Shown here in pieces: positions 37,276-48,537 of a stretch of 64,000 nt of DNA (within the stretch, counting starts at the first letter, position 1; each line of letters opens with the position of its first letter). The notes beneath the pieces are model-generated. The model ran no database searches and had not been told where the DNA came from. It saw only the letters and a list, made by a program, of their open reading frames with translations. This stretch comes from Eukaryota sp. GEM-RC1 (lineage: Eukaryota), in assembly GCA_040285855.1 (NCBI GenBank), contig JAUFOQ010000003.1, positions 868,001-932,000 on the forward strand, given 5' to 3'. A program made the position numbers and the translations under genes.

Positions 37276-39042
37276 TTAAAATTGATAATTAAACAGTCTG
37301 CTAAATACATCTTCCTCAAACATTTTGACAGTCTCGTGGTAAAGATTTAGAACTGAACTCACTGCTTCCACTTCCTCTTCATCTATTCCCTGCACTATAT
37401 CAACAACACTAACAGACAGCTGACATATCAAATCATACACTTCATCAACATCACGTAAATACAACGGAATCAACACCGCACAAGACTGAAGAGCAAGGGA
37501 AAACTCAGGTAGAAACTCTTTCAGAAACTCCACAACTCTCTCTTCTTCCTCTTTAGAACTTCCCTTAATAGAACGAAGCTTCCCACAAGAAACTTTGACT
37601 ATGGATCTACAAGTGGAGAATCTATGGAAGTTGACAACTGATAGGCAAATGTTATAAGCGTTGGATTTTGTTGACGATTGTTGATCCCCAGGTGATTCAA
37701 CAATCAAATCAGTCTTGTACTTTCCTAAATCATTCATTAACAAACTAAACTGCTGGAGAGCATATAGATTAGCATTAACTTCATCACAATACCCATTCAA
37801 AAACTCCTGGGCTTCTTTAATGGTCTCGACACAACAAGTAACTGCCATAGTACCAACTGATTGGAAATCAACAGTCGAACAAACTCCATGTAGATGTTCC
37901 AGTAGTGATGAAGTGGCAATAATAACAGGATGACGTGGCAGAACGTCATTAGAAAGTCCAACAAGAACTGATGGATATCGATCGTTGACGTTGGCTGGTA
38001 TTCTACTAAGTGACACGTGGATCTCTCGGTGAGCATAGTAGACAGCCTTCTCCTTACAAAATGAAGAGAGATCTCGTAGGGAGGGAAGGAGATGGGATTT
38101 GAGGATACTGTAGGAGTTGTAGCGGGCCATAGCTTCTACTAGTACTTTGAAACATTGGCAGAAACTATCGCAAGAAGAGTAGCTTTTTAAGGATTTTGAT
38201 AGAATTTGGAGAAGGTCAATGTATTTTTTAAATATTGGACTTGATAGATATTCTAAATCTGAAACTGAAGGTCCAAAATTACTCTGAGCCAAGTTGAATT
38301 CTGAGTTGATCTTGTGAGATAGTAGAGAGAGTGTAGATGCAGTTAGATAAGAAGGTTTGTTGTCAGTGGAAACGATTCGTAGAACTTCTTTCTTTGTGGT
38401 AAAGAAATCTCCAGAATTCAAGCGGAATTTGACGTACTGGTCTAATAGTTCTTTGAGATAAGAACGAGCAGCAGGTCTTCCAGCAAGTAGAGAAGAGAAG
38501 TCGGCAAGAGAGGAAGAGAGAGGAGAAGCTGATGAAAGACGAGAAATACAGGCAGAGGCTTGATAAAAGACATGTCGGTAAGCTCTGGAGAGGTATTGTT
38601 GATATGTATTGAGATAAGATTCAGCTGAATGAAGAGACTTGTTTGCAGAGAAGAAAGCTACACATTCTTCACATCGTTGCATGAAAAGTTTGTATTCAGA
38701 AAGAGAACACGGTAGTTGAGTGTTGCTGTCGTGATGAAATATAGGAGCAAGTCTTTCAGCATCAGTATAGAAGAGACGTATTTCGAGAATACGGTGTTTT
38801 AAAGCAACAAGATGGTCTTTTTGAGAAATGATAGGTAAACATTGGTGTTGGAGGGTGGACAGTGTGCTGTACATATCTGTGTAGCAAGAATTTAACGAAG
38901 AAAGTTTTTGCCAAGCGTTTGAACAATCATGAGACGCAGAAGACAGATAATTCTTCCGTGATTGTAGCTGAGTAATAGCATGTGCTAAGCCCGTAGAAAG
39001 CGACGGAGGGACTACATGAAGGTTGGGGGAAGAAGAAGACAT
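37276..39042 (-). CDS. COG3: Conserved oligomeric Golgi complex subunit 3 (Sec34)-like
   Basis: FMQRCEECVAFFSANKSLHSAESYLNTYQQYLSRA matches the Sec34 pattern L..LDECI.Y...NP.Y..S..YL..F.QCL.RA. Also HPVI...LLEHL..VCSTVDFQSV...AV..C and NLYALQQFSLL. Start taken at the first ATG (MSSSSP). Confidence 0.7.
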   Translation of the reverse strand: MSSSSPNLHVVPPSLSTGLAHAITQLQSRKNYLSSASHDCSNAWQKLSSLNSCYTDMYSTLSTLQHQCLPIISQKDHLVALKHRILEIRLFYTDAERLAPIFHHDSNTQLPCSLSEYKLFMQRCEECVAFFSANKSLHSAESYLNTYQQYLSRAYRHVFYQASACISRLSSASPLSSSLADFSSLLAGRPAARSYLKELLDQYVKFRLNSGDFFTTKKEVLRIVSTDNKPSYLTASTLSLLSHKINSEFNLAQSNFGPSVSDLEYLSSPIFKKYIDLLQILSKSLKSYSSCDSFCQCFKVLVEAMARYNSYSILKSHLLPSLRDLSSFCKEKAVYYAHREIHVSLSRIPANVNDRYPSVLVGLSNDVLPRHPVIIATSSLLEHLHGVCSTVDFQSVGTMAVTCCVETIKEAQEFLNGYCDEVNANLYALQQFSLLMNDLGKYKTDLIVESPGDQQSSTKSNAYNICLSVVNFHRFSTCRSIVKVSCGKLRSIKGSSKEEEERVVEFLKEFLPEFSLALQSCAVLIPLYLRDVDEVYDLICQLSVSVVDIVQGIDEEEVEAVSSVLNLYHETVKMFEEDVFSRLFNYQF

Positions 39043-39118
39043 TTGGTTCAAAAATCGAATTTCTGTGGCACTTTTCCCTTTGAAAGAAGATCTCTTTCGT
39101 CTTAAAGTGTTGTCGTTA
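39043..39118. promoter_or_regulatory. 76-bp divergent (bidirectional) promoter between COG3 and receptor A
   Basis: Head-to-head ATGs at 39042 (-) and 39119 (+). The segment is conserved upstream of receptor B (~48465-48537). Confidence 0.55.
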
Positions 39119-42100
39119 ATGACGCGTTTGACTTCTGCCGTGTTAATGCTTGTGCTGTTTACCTTATGTCTTGCCAATGACGTTCATTTTGTTCCTCCAG
39201 ATCCTCCTGATTCCACCGATCTCCTTTGGACTCGATCTGATCTCTGGACTCCTTCTCTTCCTACTGAAACTTCTAATGTCTACATTGATGGGAGTCAACT
39301 AGAGTCCTCTATCATTGTTAACAATGATGACGTCATCATCAACTCTCTTTACCTCACCAAAGTCGTTATTTCTATTGATTGTTCTTCTATCACAGTCAAT
39401 GGTTTCACTTCCGTCATTGATTCTTCCATTGATTCTACTTGTGATATCCGATCAGAGTTTACTTCACTTACTTATGAGTTTATTGGTGTTACAAAGTTGT
39501 CTGGTGTTAATCTAATTATTTTGGAGTTTGGAAAATTGATAGAACCACATTTAACTCTTGTCAATTCTAAAATAATTGTTAAAGAAGGTGCCACTTTAGT
39601 TGTTGATCAAAGTGACACGTCATCACCACTCATAGCTTGGGGCAATGGAGGACTAGGAAGAACTGGAACTGGTAATCAAGGTACTCATGGTCTTATGCCA
39701 GTCAATACTCAGCAGAGGTTTGCCTCGGTTTCCACCGGTGATTTTCACTCCTTAGGAGTCACTAGAGACGGCTTTCTCTACTCATGGGGGTCTAACAAAG
39801 AAGGGGATCCGAGAGCAGCGGGTCAACTTGGCTTGGGCGATGATGTTAATCGTCTTGTTCCAACAAAAGTAGATCTTTCCAATGTTGTCCAAGCTTCTGT
39901 TGGTAGCTGGCATAGTCTCGTTAGACTGAAAAATGGTGACGTTTACTCGTTTGGACGTGCAGGTGAAGGTCAACTCGGACATGGCAACACACACACCGAC
40001 GAACTATTTCCAAAAAAAAATTGATGACCTTTCAAATGTTGTTGATATTTCTGCTGGATCAATGAGTTCTTTAGCTGTGTTATCGAATGGAGAAGTGAAA
40101 GCTTGGGGTTATAACCCACACGGTGCCCTTGGAACAGGTTTAACTACTTCTCGTATCTTATCTCCCCAACGAGTTGTCATTAATCAACGAGTTAAGAAAG
40201 TCAATGGCGGTTATTACCACTCTCTTTTCATAACAGAAAGTGGTGAGTTATTTGCTGCTGGACGAAATCAATACGGAGAGCTTTGTGTTGGTGACACTGA
40301 TTCAAGAAATCTTCCTGTTCCTATTGTTAACTCTAAAGATTTCCATGTTATTCAAGCTAGACCTGGTAACTCTGCTTACACCTGGGAGCACATAACCACG
40401 ATTTTCCTCACTACTCAAGGTGAGGTATTCTCATGTGGTAGAGCTATTGGCCGATCTACCGATACAGTTCCAGCTCATTCCCCAGGAAAAGTTGAAGATA
40501 TGGGTGTGGTTTCAAGCATAACTAAAGGTTTTGATGCTGATAATAATGCCTTGTCGACGGATGGGGTTCTGTTTAGTTGGTCAAGTCGATCTGGTGCCCC
40601 CATCTTACCTTCTCCTGTTACTGAAACTTCTAAATTAAAGGTTGGTAAAGTGTATTCTGGATCATTTCATTGGTTTGTCCAAGAAACTATCAATACTGAT
40701 ATTTCCGGAAATGACGACTCTTCTATAGAAATTGCAGGAAAATTGGAGAACCGCCTTGAATTTCCTCTATTGTTCAATGTTTCAATCAGTATTCCTTGTA
40801 CCGGGGTTCTGTCGTCATATCGGTCACTCAAATTCAACACAAGTCTGGATAATTCTGGGATAATCAAAGTTGACGATTTTCTTCAATTGGACTCCTCTGT
40901 AGTCTTGGCCTTAAATGGTGGTAGTCTTGAAGCTAAACATGTTGTTGTTCAACAATATGCTTCAGTAACAGGCCGTGGATCAATTTTTTCAACTGTTTTT
41001 AATTACGGCACCATTAAACCAACTGGTGTACTTGAAATTCAAAAGGACTTGGTAATTGCTCAAAATTCGAATGTTTTATTAAGCTATAACAATAACACTC
41101 AATTAATTGTTAAAGGAATTCTTTCTGTAAATGGATCCTTTGTTTTTACTTTTCCCAATTCAATTCCTTCTAATTATACCATTTCTTTAGTTCTATTTGG
41201 TTCTTTACTTTCTGAACATGACTCATTTAAAGTGCAATGTGATCAGTATTTTGACTTGTTTTTGACGATTCTTCTATCAGCGTGTTAACAATTCACGATT
41301 TTCCGGGCCATGTTATTGAATCAGGCCAATGTCCCTCACCATTAAAGAATGTTGTTTACCTTGTCGTTCCCCTGAATAATTCCAATGATATTCTTTGGTC
41401 AAGAAATGATATCTGGGTACCATCTCCTCCTAATGAGAATTCCACTGTAATTATAGATGGTAATTATATTAATCAAGTTGTGTTTATTGACCAAAACGTC
41501 ATCATCAAATCTCTTCACCTCACAAATGTCGTCATTTCCATCGATTGTTCTTCAATTACAGTCAATGGTTTCACTTCCTTCATTGATTCTTCCATTGAAT
41601 CTACTTGTGATAATCGATCAGAGTTTACTTCACTTACATATGAGTTTATTGGTGTTACAAAGTTGTCTGGTATTAATCTAATTGTTTTGGAGTTTGGAAA
41701 ATTAATAGAACCACAGTTAACTCTTGTCGATGCTAAAGTAATTGTTAAAGAAGATGCCACAGTAGTTATTGATCAAAAGAAACGTCATCACCACTCTTAG
41801 CTTGGGGTAATGGAGAAGATGGTAGAACTGGAACTGGTAATCAAGATAGTCATGGTCTTATACCGGTCAATACAGATCAGATGTTTGCTTCAGTTGCTGC
41901 CGGTAAAGCACACTCTTTGGGAGTCACTAGAGATGGTTTTCTCTACTCATGGGGAGCTAATTCCTTGTCTGATCTTGGTGATACTGGTCAACTTGGCTTG
42001 GGAGATGCTGACAACAGACTAGTTCCAACTAAAGTAAATCTCACTAATGTTGTTCAAGCTTCTGCTGGATATGCTCATAGTCTCGTTAGACTAGAAAATG

Positions 42101-45100
42101 GTGACGTTTACTCTTTTGGAGCTTCACTTTTTGGTCAACTTGGACATGATAGTACTTCTCCTAATCAGTATTTTCCTCAAAAATTGAATCTCTTTCTAAT
42201 GTTGCTTCTGTTTCTGCTGGGTATGGCCATTCTTTAGCACTGTTGTCTAGCGGAGAAGCCAAGGCTTGGGGTTATAATGAATACGGTCAGCTTGGCATTG
42301 GATCATCAGGTTTTTCTGCCGGCAAGTCCTCTCCTCATTTAGTTACTTTTAACTTACCAGTCAAGAAAGTTGTAGCATGTTTCGAACACTCCTTTTTCCT
42401 TACTGAAAGTGGTGAGCTATTTGCTACAGGTAGGAATGACAATGGTCAGCTTTGTGTTGGAGATACCAATGACAGAAATAGTCCTACTCCCATTGTTAAC
42501 TCCAAAGATTTCCACGTGGTTCAAGTAAGTTGTGGTAGAAGTTCTTCAATCTTTTGACTTCCCAAGGTAACGTTTATTCTTGTGGTCAAATTCTAGGTAG
42601 ATCTACCAGTACAATTCCTGCTCATTCACCTGGGAAAGTTGAAAGATTGAAAAGGACTACCAGTATTCATAGCAGTTCAGAGATCATGTTTGCAGTTTCA
42701 CTAACTCGAATTTTGTATAGTTGGACTAAGACAAACTTACCTTCTGTTACAACTGAAACTATTGGCCTTGAGGTTGGTAAAGTCTTTGTTGGATATGATC
42801 ATTTTTTCATTGAAAGTATGGTTCAGTCTAATATCACTGGTGAAGGTTCTATTTTAGAAATTGAAGGAGAATTGTCAATCAATCTTGAACTACCTATGGT
42901 CCTCAACACTTCAATTATTGTTCATGCTTCTGGCAGATTCTTCTCTTTATATTCAGAAATGAGGTTGACAAAATCAATCGCAAACTCTGGAATGGTTAAA
43001 ATTGAGGGTCTTTTTGAAATTGACTCCACATCTACCTTGATTTTAATTGGTGGAACTGTTGAAGCTGATGATTGCTTCATCTCAGAGTTTGCTTCAATTA
43101 CAGGCTATGGATTAATTAATTCCATTGTTTTTAATTATGGAACATTTAATCTATCTGGTTTACTTGAAATTCAAAAAGACTTGGTAATTGCTCAAATTTC
43201 GAATGTTGTATTCAGCTATAACAACAATGAAACTCAATTGATTGTTAAAGGAGTTCTTTCTGTAAAAGGTATGTGTGTCTTTACTTTTCCCAATTCAATT
43301 CCTTCTAATTATACCATTTCTTTAATTCTATTTGGCTCTTTACTTTCTGAACATGACTCATTCAAAGTGCAATGTGATCAGTATTTTGACTTGTTTTTGA
43401 TGATTCTTCTATCAGCGTGGTAACTACCCTAGACTATCCAGGAATTGATCCTGTTTCAGGTCAGTGTCCTTTACCAGTAGTTGATCCTACCAGTCTAAAT
43501 CTACCTCTCAATAATTCTAATGATATTCTTTGGTCAAGAAATGATATCTGGGTACCATCTCCTCCTAATGAGAATTCCACTGTAATTATAGATGGTAATT
43601 ATATTAATCAAGTTGTATTCATTGATCAAAACGTCATCATCAACTCTCTTTACCTCACCGAAGTCGTTATTTCCCTTGATTGTTCTTCAATCACAGTCAA
43701 TGGTTTAACTTTCTTCATTGATTCTTCCATTGAATCTACTTGTGATACTGGATCAGAGTTTACTTCACTTACCTATGAGTTTATTGGTGTTACAAAGTTG
43801 TCTGGTATTAATCTAATTGTTTTGGAGTTTGGAAAATTAATAGAACCACAGTTAACTCTTGTCAATTCTAAAGTAATTGTTAAAGAAAATGCCACTTTAA
43901 TTGTTGATCAAAATCACACTTCATCATCACTCTTAGCTTATGGAGAAGATGGGAAAACGGGCTCTTTTAGTGAAAAGAACTTAAATACGAATAGCCATTC
44001 TAACCATTTGCTTGGAAAAGAACTGATAGAGTATAGTATTTCCGGAAATGATGACTCACATATTGAAATTGAAGGAACACTGCAAGTAGAAACAAATATT
44101 GAATCTTATTTGATTTTAGATATCTCAGTCGATGTTCTTTCTACCGGCCATCTTGTTTGCTCTTTTCCAGGTATTAAACTTAGAAATATCATTACCGTTT
44201 TGGGAGCAATCAAAACTGATGGTTCCCTTGATTTTGACTCATCGTCTACTTTTATTCTCAATGGAGGGACTGTCGAAGCCCATAACTTCTTCATTTCAGA
44301 ATTTTCTTCTATTTCTGGCATTGGTTATATTGATTCTACTGTTTTCAATTATGGAACCATTGAACCCTCTGGTGAAATTGAAATTGAAAATGATTTATTA
44401 TTGTATCCTAGCTCGAAATTAATATTCAATAACAAGGACTCCAACAACAAGTTCTTACATATTAAAGGAACAATCATTTTTAGTGGAAGCTTGATTCTTG
44501 ATTTTTTTAATCACCGTCACTGGTCTGGTCGCCTCAATCTAAATGATTCATTTACTTTGTTAATTTACGAAGAAAGAAACGCTGAGTTTAACACGATTTC
44601 AATCAATTGTGAGTCTCTTTTGAAATTACTCAAACTGAAAGCTCTCTTTCTATTGTTGTTGTCTCAGAATTTCCAGAATTTACTAGTACTGATGAACTTA
44701 TTTGCCCAACAGAGGAGGATCCAAATAATCCCAAAGACCCGGAGCCAATTGATCCCGACCCCGAAGATTCTAAGAAGCAACAGATTCTGCCTTTTACCGT
44801 AGATTTTAAATTTGTCTTTTTCCTTATGATTTCACTGATCATACTTGTTCTAATCGGATGGTGTCTCCTTTTCCGAAAGCAGAAGACTTCCGCTGATTTC
44901 AATCCTTCAAATCTTCTTCCTCTTAAGAAGAATCCCATCTTTTCTGAAACTATTACAAGTACTCAAGACAAAATCCTGGAAAACACGTATTCTATTAAAT
45001 CTCCTCAAGTTAACCACCAATCAGTAGTTTCCTCCCTTTGCAGTACCATCTCAAACATGAAAGATGACTTAGCTGAATGGGAACCACAGCAGTACATTGA

Positions 45101-46955
45101 GTCAATAACTGCACCAATTCTTGACACTCTGACTCTTCTTACTTCTTCTTCTTCAGTTTTTTCTCCGATTGGAATGGCTCTGGGCACGTTGTTTACCTCA
45201 ATCAAAAACGTCAAGATCAATAAAACTCAAGCTGCAGTTCTTGGAGCTAGAGTTTTAAGACTAACAAAGCTTACTCTGTCTCAATTAGAAACTAACATGG
45301 AACTGGCAGAGTCACCAATGTTCTCTGAACTTTTGAAAAATTTCACAAATATTTGTAATCGAGTTAATACCGTGGTTACACAACATGACGATGCTCAATG
45401 GTTTAAGCGAACATTTACTCATGAAAAATTCAAAAGAGAATTTGAAATGTGTAACAAACTTTTGGATGATTTTTCATCAGAGTTGCTAATTGCTTTTGCT
45501 GGAAAGACTTTTGAAAAGTTGCCACCTTTATCCCAACAAAAGGTCGATGCAATCATTGACTTCGATCAAGAAGAATTCCATTCATCACTGGCCAATCACA
45601 ATCAAATTTTATTGAAAGAAATGCGTTTAGAATTCCGAGAGTTACAAAAACAAATCTCGTCTGCTACTGAAAAGTCTATTAAAGCTGCTCTTGAAGAACA
45701 ACAACAACTTCATACAGAACAACGTAAAGCTCTTCAAAACCAAATATTAGAAAATCAAACAACAAAAGAAATTCAATCAAATATTTCTGCAGTTGAATTA
45801 GAAATTGATTGGGAAACTTCCCTATTTAGTGGTCAATCTGAAGTCGTTCATGCTGAATATGCTCTTAGTGAAGTTGTTGTTAAACTGTATTATAGTACTG
45901 GTAAAATTAGTCCAGAGCTTGCAAGAGAATTCTCCATTTTAAGTTCTCTCCCCAATGTTCCTTCATTACCCAGAATTTATGGTCTTACTTTGGTACTAAA
46001 GAATGGCAAGGAACGCTATGGTCTTGTAATGGAACGACTATCAAGTGTAACTCTAAAGGACAAAATTTCAAAAATCAAAACTGAAAACAAAAAGCTTGAT
46101 GTGTTAATTAGTATAGCTAATGCTTTGGTATCTTGCCACGAGTCAAAGTTCCTTCATCGAGATCTAAAACCAGACAATATTCTGTTTAGAGGTGCTTGTC
46201 CAGTGATTATTGATTGGGGAAGTGGTAAACATATTGGAAATTCAAATATGTCATTATCTTTAAATTCTAATAGAGTTTTGACTCCCAATTGGGCTAGTCC
46301 TGAGCTCGTTTCAGATGACACCGTCTACGCTGATTCGATTGACGTTTTCTCATTTGCTTTGATTGCAGTCTATGTGTTCACAGAGGAATCAATTTGGCAA
46401 GACTTTGAAGGATTTCCTAATAGAGATCAACTGATTATTGAATCACTCAGAACTGGTGATATTCCTGATATTCCCCATCACTCTGGTCTTCCCACTGCTC
46501 TCTTACCTCTTCTACGTCAATGTCTCCAGTTTAAATACACTGAACGTCCAAACATGCAACAAGTTGTTTCAATTCTATCAGCGTTTAGACACAAGAGTTC
46601 TCCAGTAGATTGTCTTAATCTAGGGAATATTTACCTTTGTGATTATGGATTGACTTTGATTGACAAGGAATATGTTCAAAATGGACCGCTTGAAGTTTGT
46701 TTGGAGATTTATTCCAAAATCTCTCTATTATTAGAGTTTTGTTACTCTCAAGATCTCAGCAGCAAGTTTTCTCTGGTATTAGATTTAATTGAAGGTCTAC
46801 ATGAGATTCCTTCTGCTCTAGTTGAAAGAAAGAAGCGTATTGATAGACTTTTGAGTCGCCGGTTCACTCTTCAGGCAGCAATTCCAGTATTTGATTTGAA
46901 TGTTCCTCAAGAACCTGAACAACTAGATGTTGTTGTTGAACGTTTTTCTTCGTAG
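39119..46955 (+). CDS. Receptor A: signal peptide, 3 ectodomain modules (2 with RCC1 propellers), TM helix, MLKL-like four-helix bundle, coiled coil, protein kinase (~2600 aa reconstructed across 7 single-base frame breaks)
   Basis: Signal MTRLTSAVLMLVLFTLCLA. G8-like W..W.P..P...V.IDG starts. RCC1 repeats (SAG..HSL...G.VY.WG.N..GQLG.G). TM FVFFLMISLIILVLIGWCLLF then RKQK. VKINKTQAAVLGARVLRL...WFKRTFTHEKFKREFEMCNKLLDD. Kinase VVVK, HRDLKPDNIL, IIDWG, TPNWASPE, DVFSFA. Breaks at ~40015, 41260, 41777, 42181, 42554, 43396, 44619. Confidence 0.75.
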
Positions 46956-47149
46956 ATTTTTGTATTTTGTTTCCTTGTTTATTGGATATAAATTGCGACA
47001 TTATACACGCTTCTGTAGTATAAGTACACAACCGTTGGACAGACATGCTCTCTAGATTTGTCCTCAACACCGTTACCTATTTTATTATTATAATTATAAT
47101 TATAAAATAAAATATTATAAATTATAATGTTATTGTTTTGCTCAGTAAA

Positions 47150-47836
47150 GATCTGGTAACTACCACAGTATTTGAACCATCCCATCAATAGACAGTCCCT
47201 CAGAAGTCGTTGAATCAACAATAATTAAATCGGTCAACTCATTAAATGAAAACGACCAGTCTCAAATGGTTGTCAATTTACTTCAATTAAGAGTTTCAAT
47301 AGAGCTACTGATAAAAGCATTGTCAAAAATTGACAGAAGTCAACCCATTATCAAAGAAAGAACCAACTGTGGTAATCTCAACTCCATTAACACTGTATTT
47401 TTGGTTAAATCACTAGTTAATGTTCCAGAAACAAGGAAAGTCTTTGAAGTGGATGAACGGAGGACTATGAAAAGCAGAGCAATTAAGATAAACAGAATAA
47501 GACAAGTGGCAGTCGTAGCTATACAAGTATCTCGTTTACCCTTAAACTTCTTCAAAAAATGAAGAACGATATTCCACTTCAGGCTCTGCTTTAATAAACA
47601 ATACAACATTTTCACTAGATTCGGCCTTTGCATTTAAATCATTGGTGATACTATCTAGTTTCTGACCATCAGAAGTAGTACCATGATTTGATTGAACAGG
47701 AGTATCATTTTGGTCAAGTCCATGTTCACAACTAACAAAGGATTTAGTGGAAGGATCAATTGTGATAGCTGGTTGGTGGATATCATTGATGAGAAGACAT
47801 TGAACTTTCAATTGAATGGGGTCAGTTTTCTCTCAT
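47150..47836 (-). pseudogene. Fragmented type II membrane protein gene of unknown family
   Basis: Consecutive minus-strand ORFs (47542-47811, 47340-47633) with a hydrophobic CLILFILIALLFIVL segment, broken by frameshifts and stops. Confidence 0.35.
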
Positions 47837-47897
47837 TTTCTAACACTAACTTATGTCAATAAGTATGTACTAGGGTTAGCAACTGCTACGCCTAAGT

Positions 47898-48470
47898 AGA
47901 AAATCTCCAGAATTCAAGCGGAATTTGATGTATTGGTCTAGCAATTCTTTGAGGTAAGAACGAGCAGCAGGTCTTCCAGCAAGTAGAGAAGAGAAGTCAG
48001 CAAGAGAGGAAGAGAGAGGAGAAGCTGATGGAAGACGAGAAATACAGGCAGAGGCTTGATAAAAGACATGTCGGTAAGCTCTGGAGAGGTATTGTTGATA
48101 TGTATTGAGATAAGAGTCAGCTGAATGAAGAGACTTGTTTGCCAGTAGAAAGCTGCACATTCTTCACAACGTTCCAGGAAAAGCTTATATTCAGAAAGAG
48201 AGCACGATAATTGAGTGTTGCTGTCGTGATGAAATATAGGAGCAACAAGATGATCTTTTGGAGAAATGATAAGGAAACATTGATGTTGTAGAGTTCACAT
48301 CGTACTGAAAATATCTGTGTATCATGAGATCAACGAAGAAAGTTTTGCCAAGCATTTGAACAATCATAAGAGGCAGAAGACAAATAACTTTTCCGTGTCT
48401 GTAACTGAGATATTGTATCTGCTAGGCCGGTAGAAAGTGAATGAGAGGTTACATGGAGGGGTTGGGTTCA
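47898..48470 (-). pseudogene. Decayed 5' fragment of COG3 co-duplicated with the receptor gene
   Basis: Aligns with ~38404-39050 (ANKSLHSADSYLNTYQQYLSRAYRHV...). It has internal deletions and the COG3 ATG segment is missing. Confidence 0.88.
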
Positions 48471-48537
48471 AAAATCGAATTTCTGTGGTACTTTTTTTCC
48501 TTTAAAAGAACTCTCTCGTCTTTAAGTGTTGTCTTCA

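Noticed and set aside
39023..39177. Apparent antisense overlap of COG3 and receptor A coding regions
   Set aside because: ORF-finder extension to TTG starts. The first ATGs (39042 minus, 39119 plus with a signal peptide) leave a 76-bp gap.
47078..47135. AT-rich TTA/ATA low-complexity tract
   Set aside because: Simple degenerate microsatellite with no further structure.
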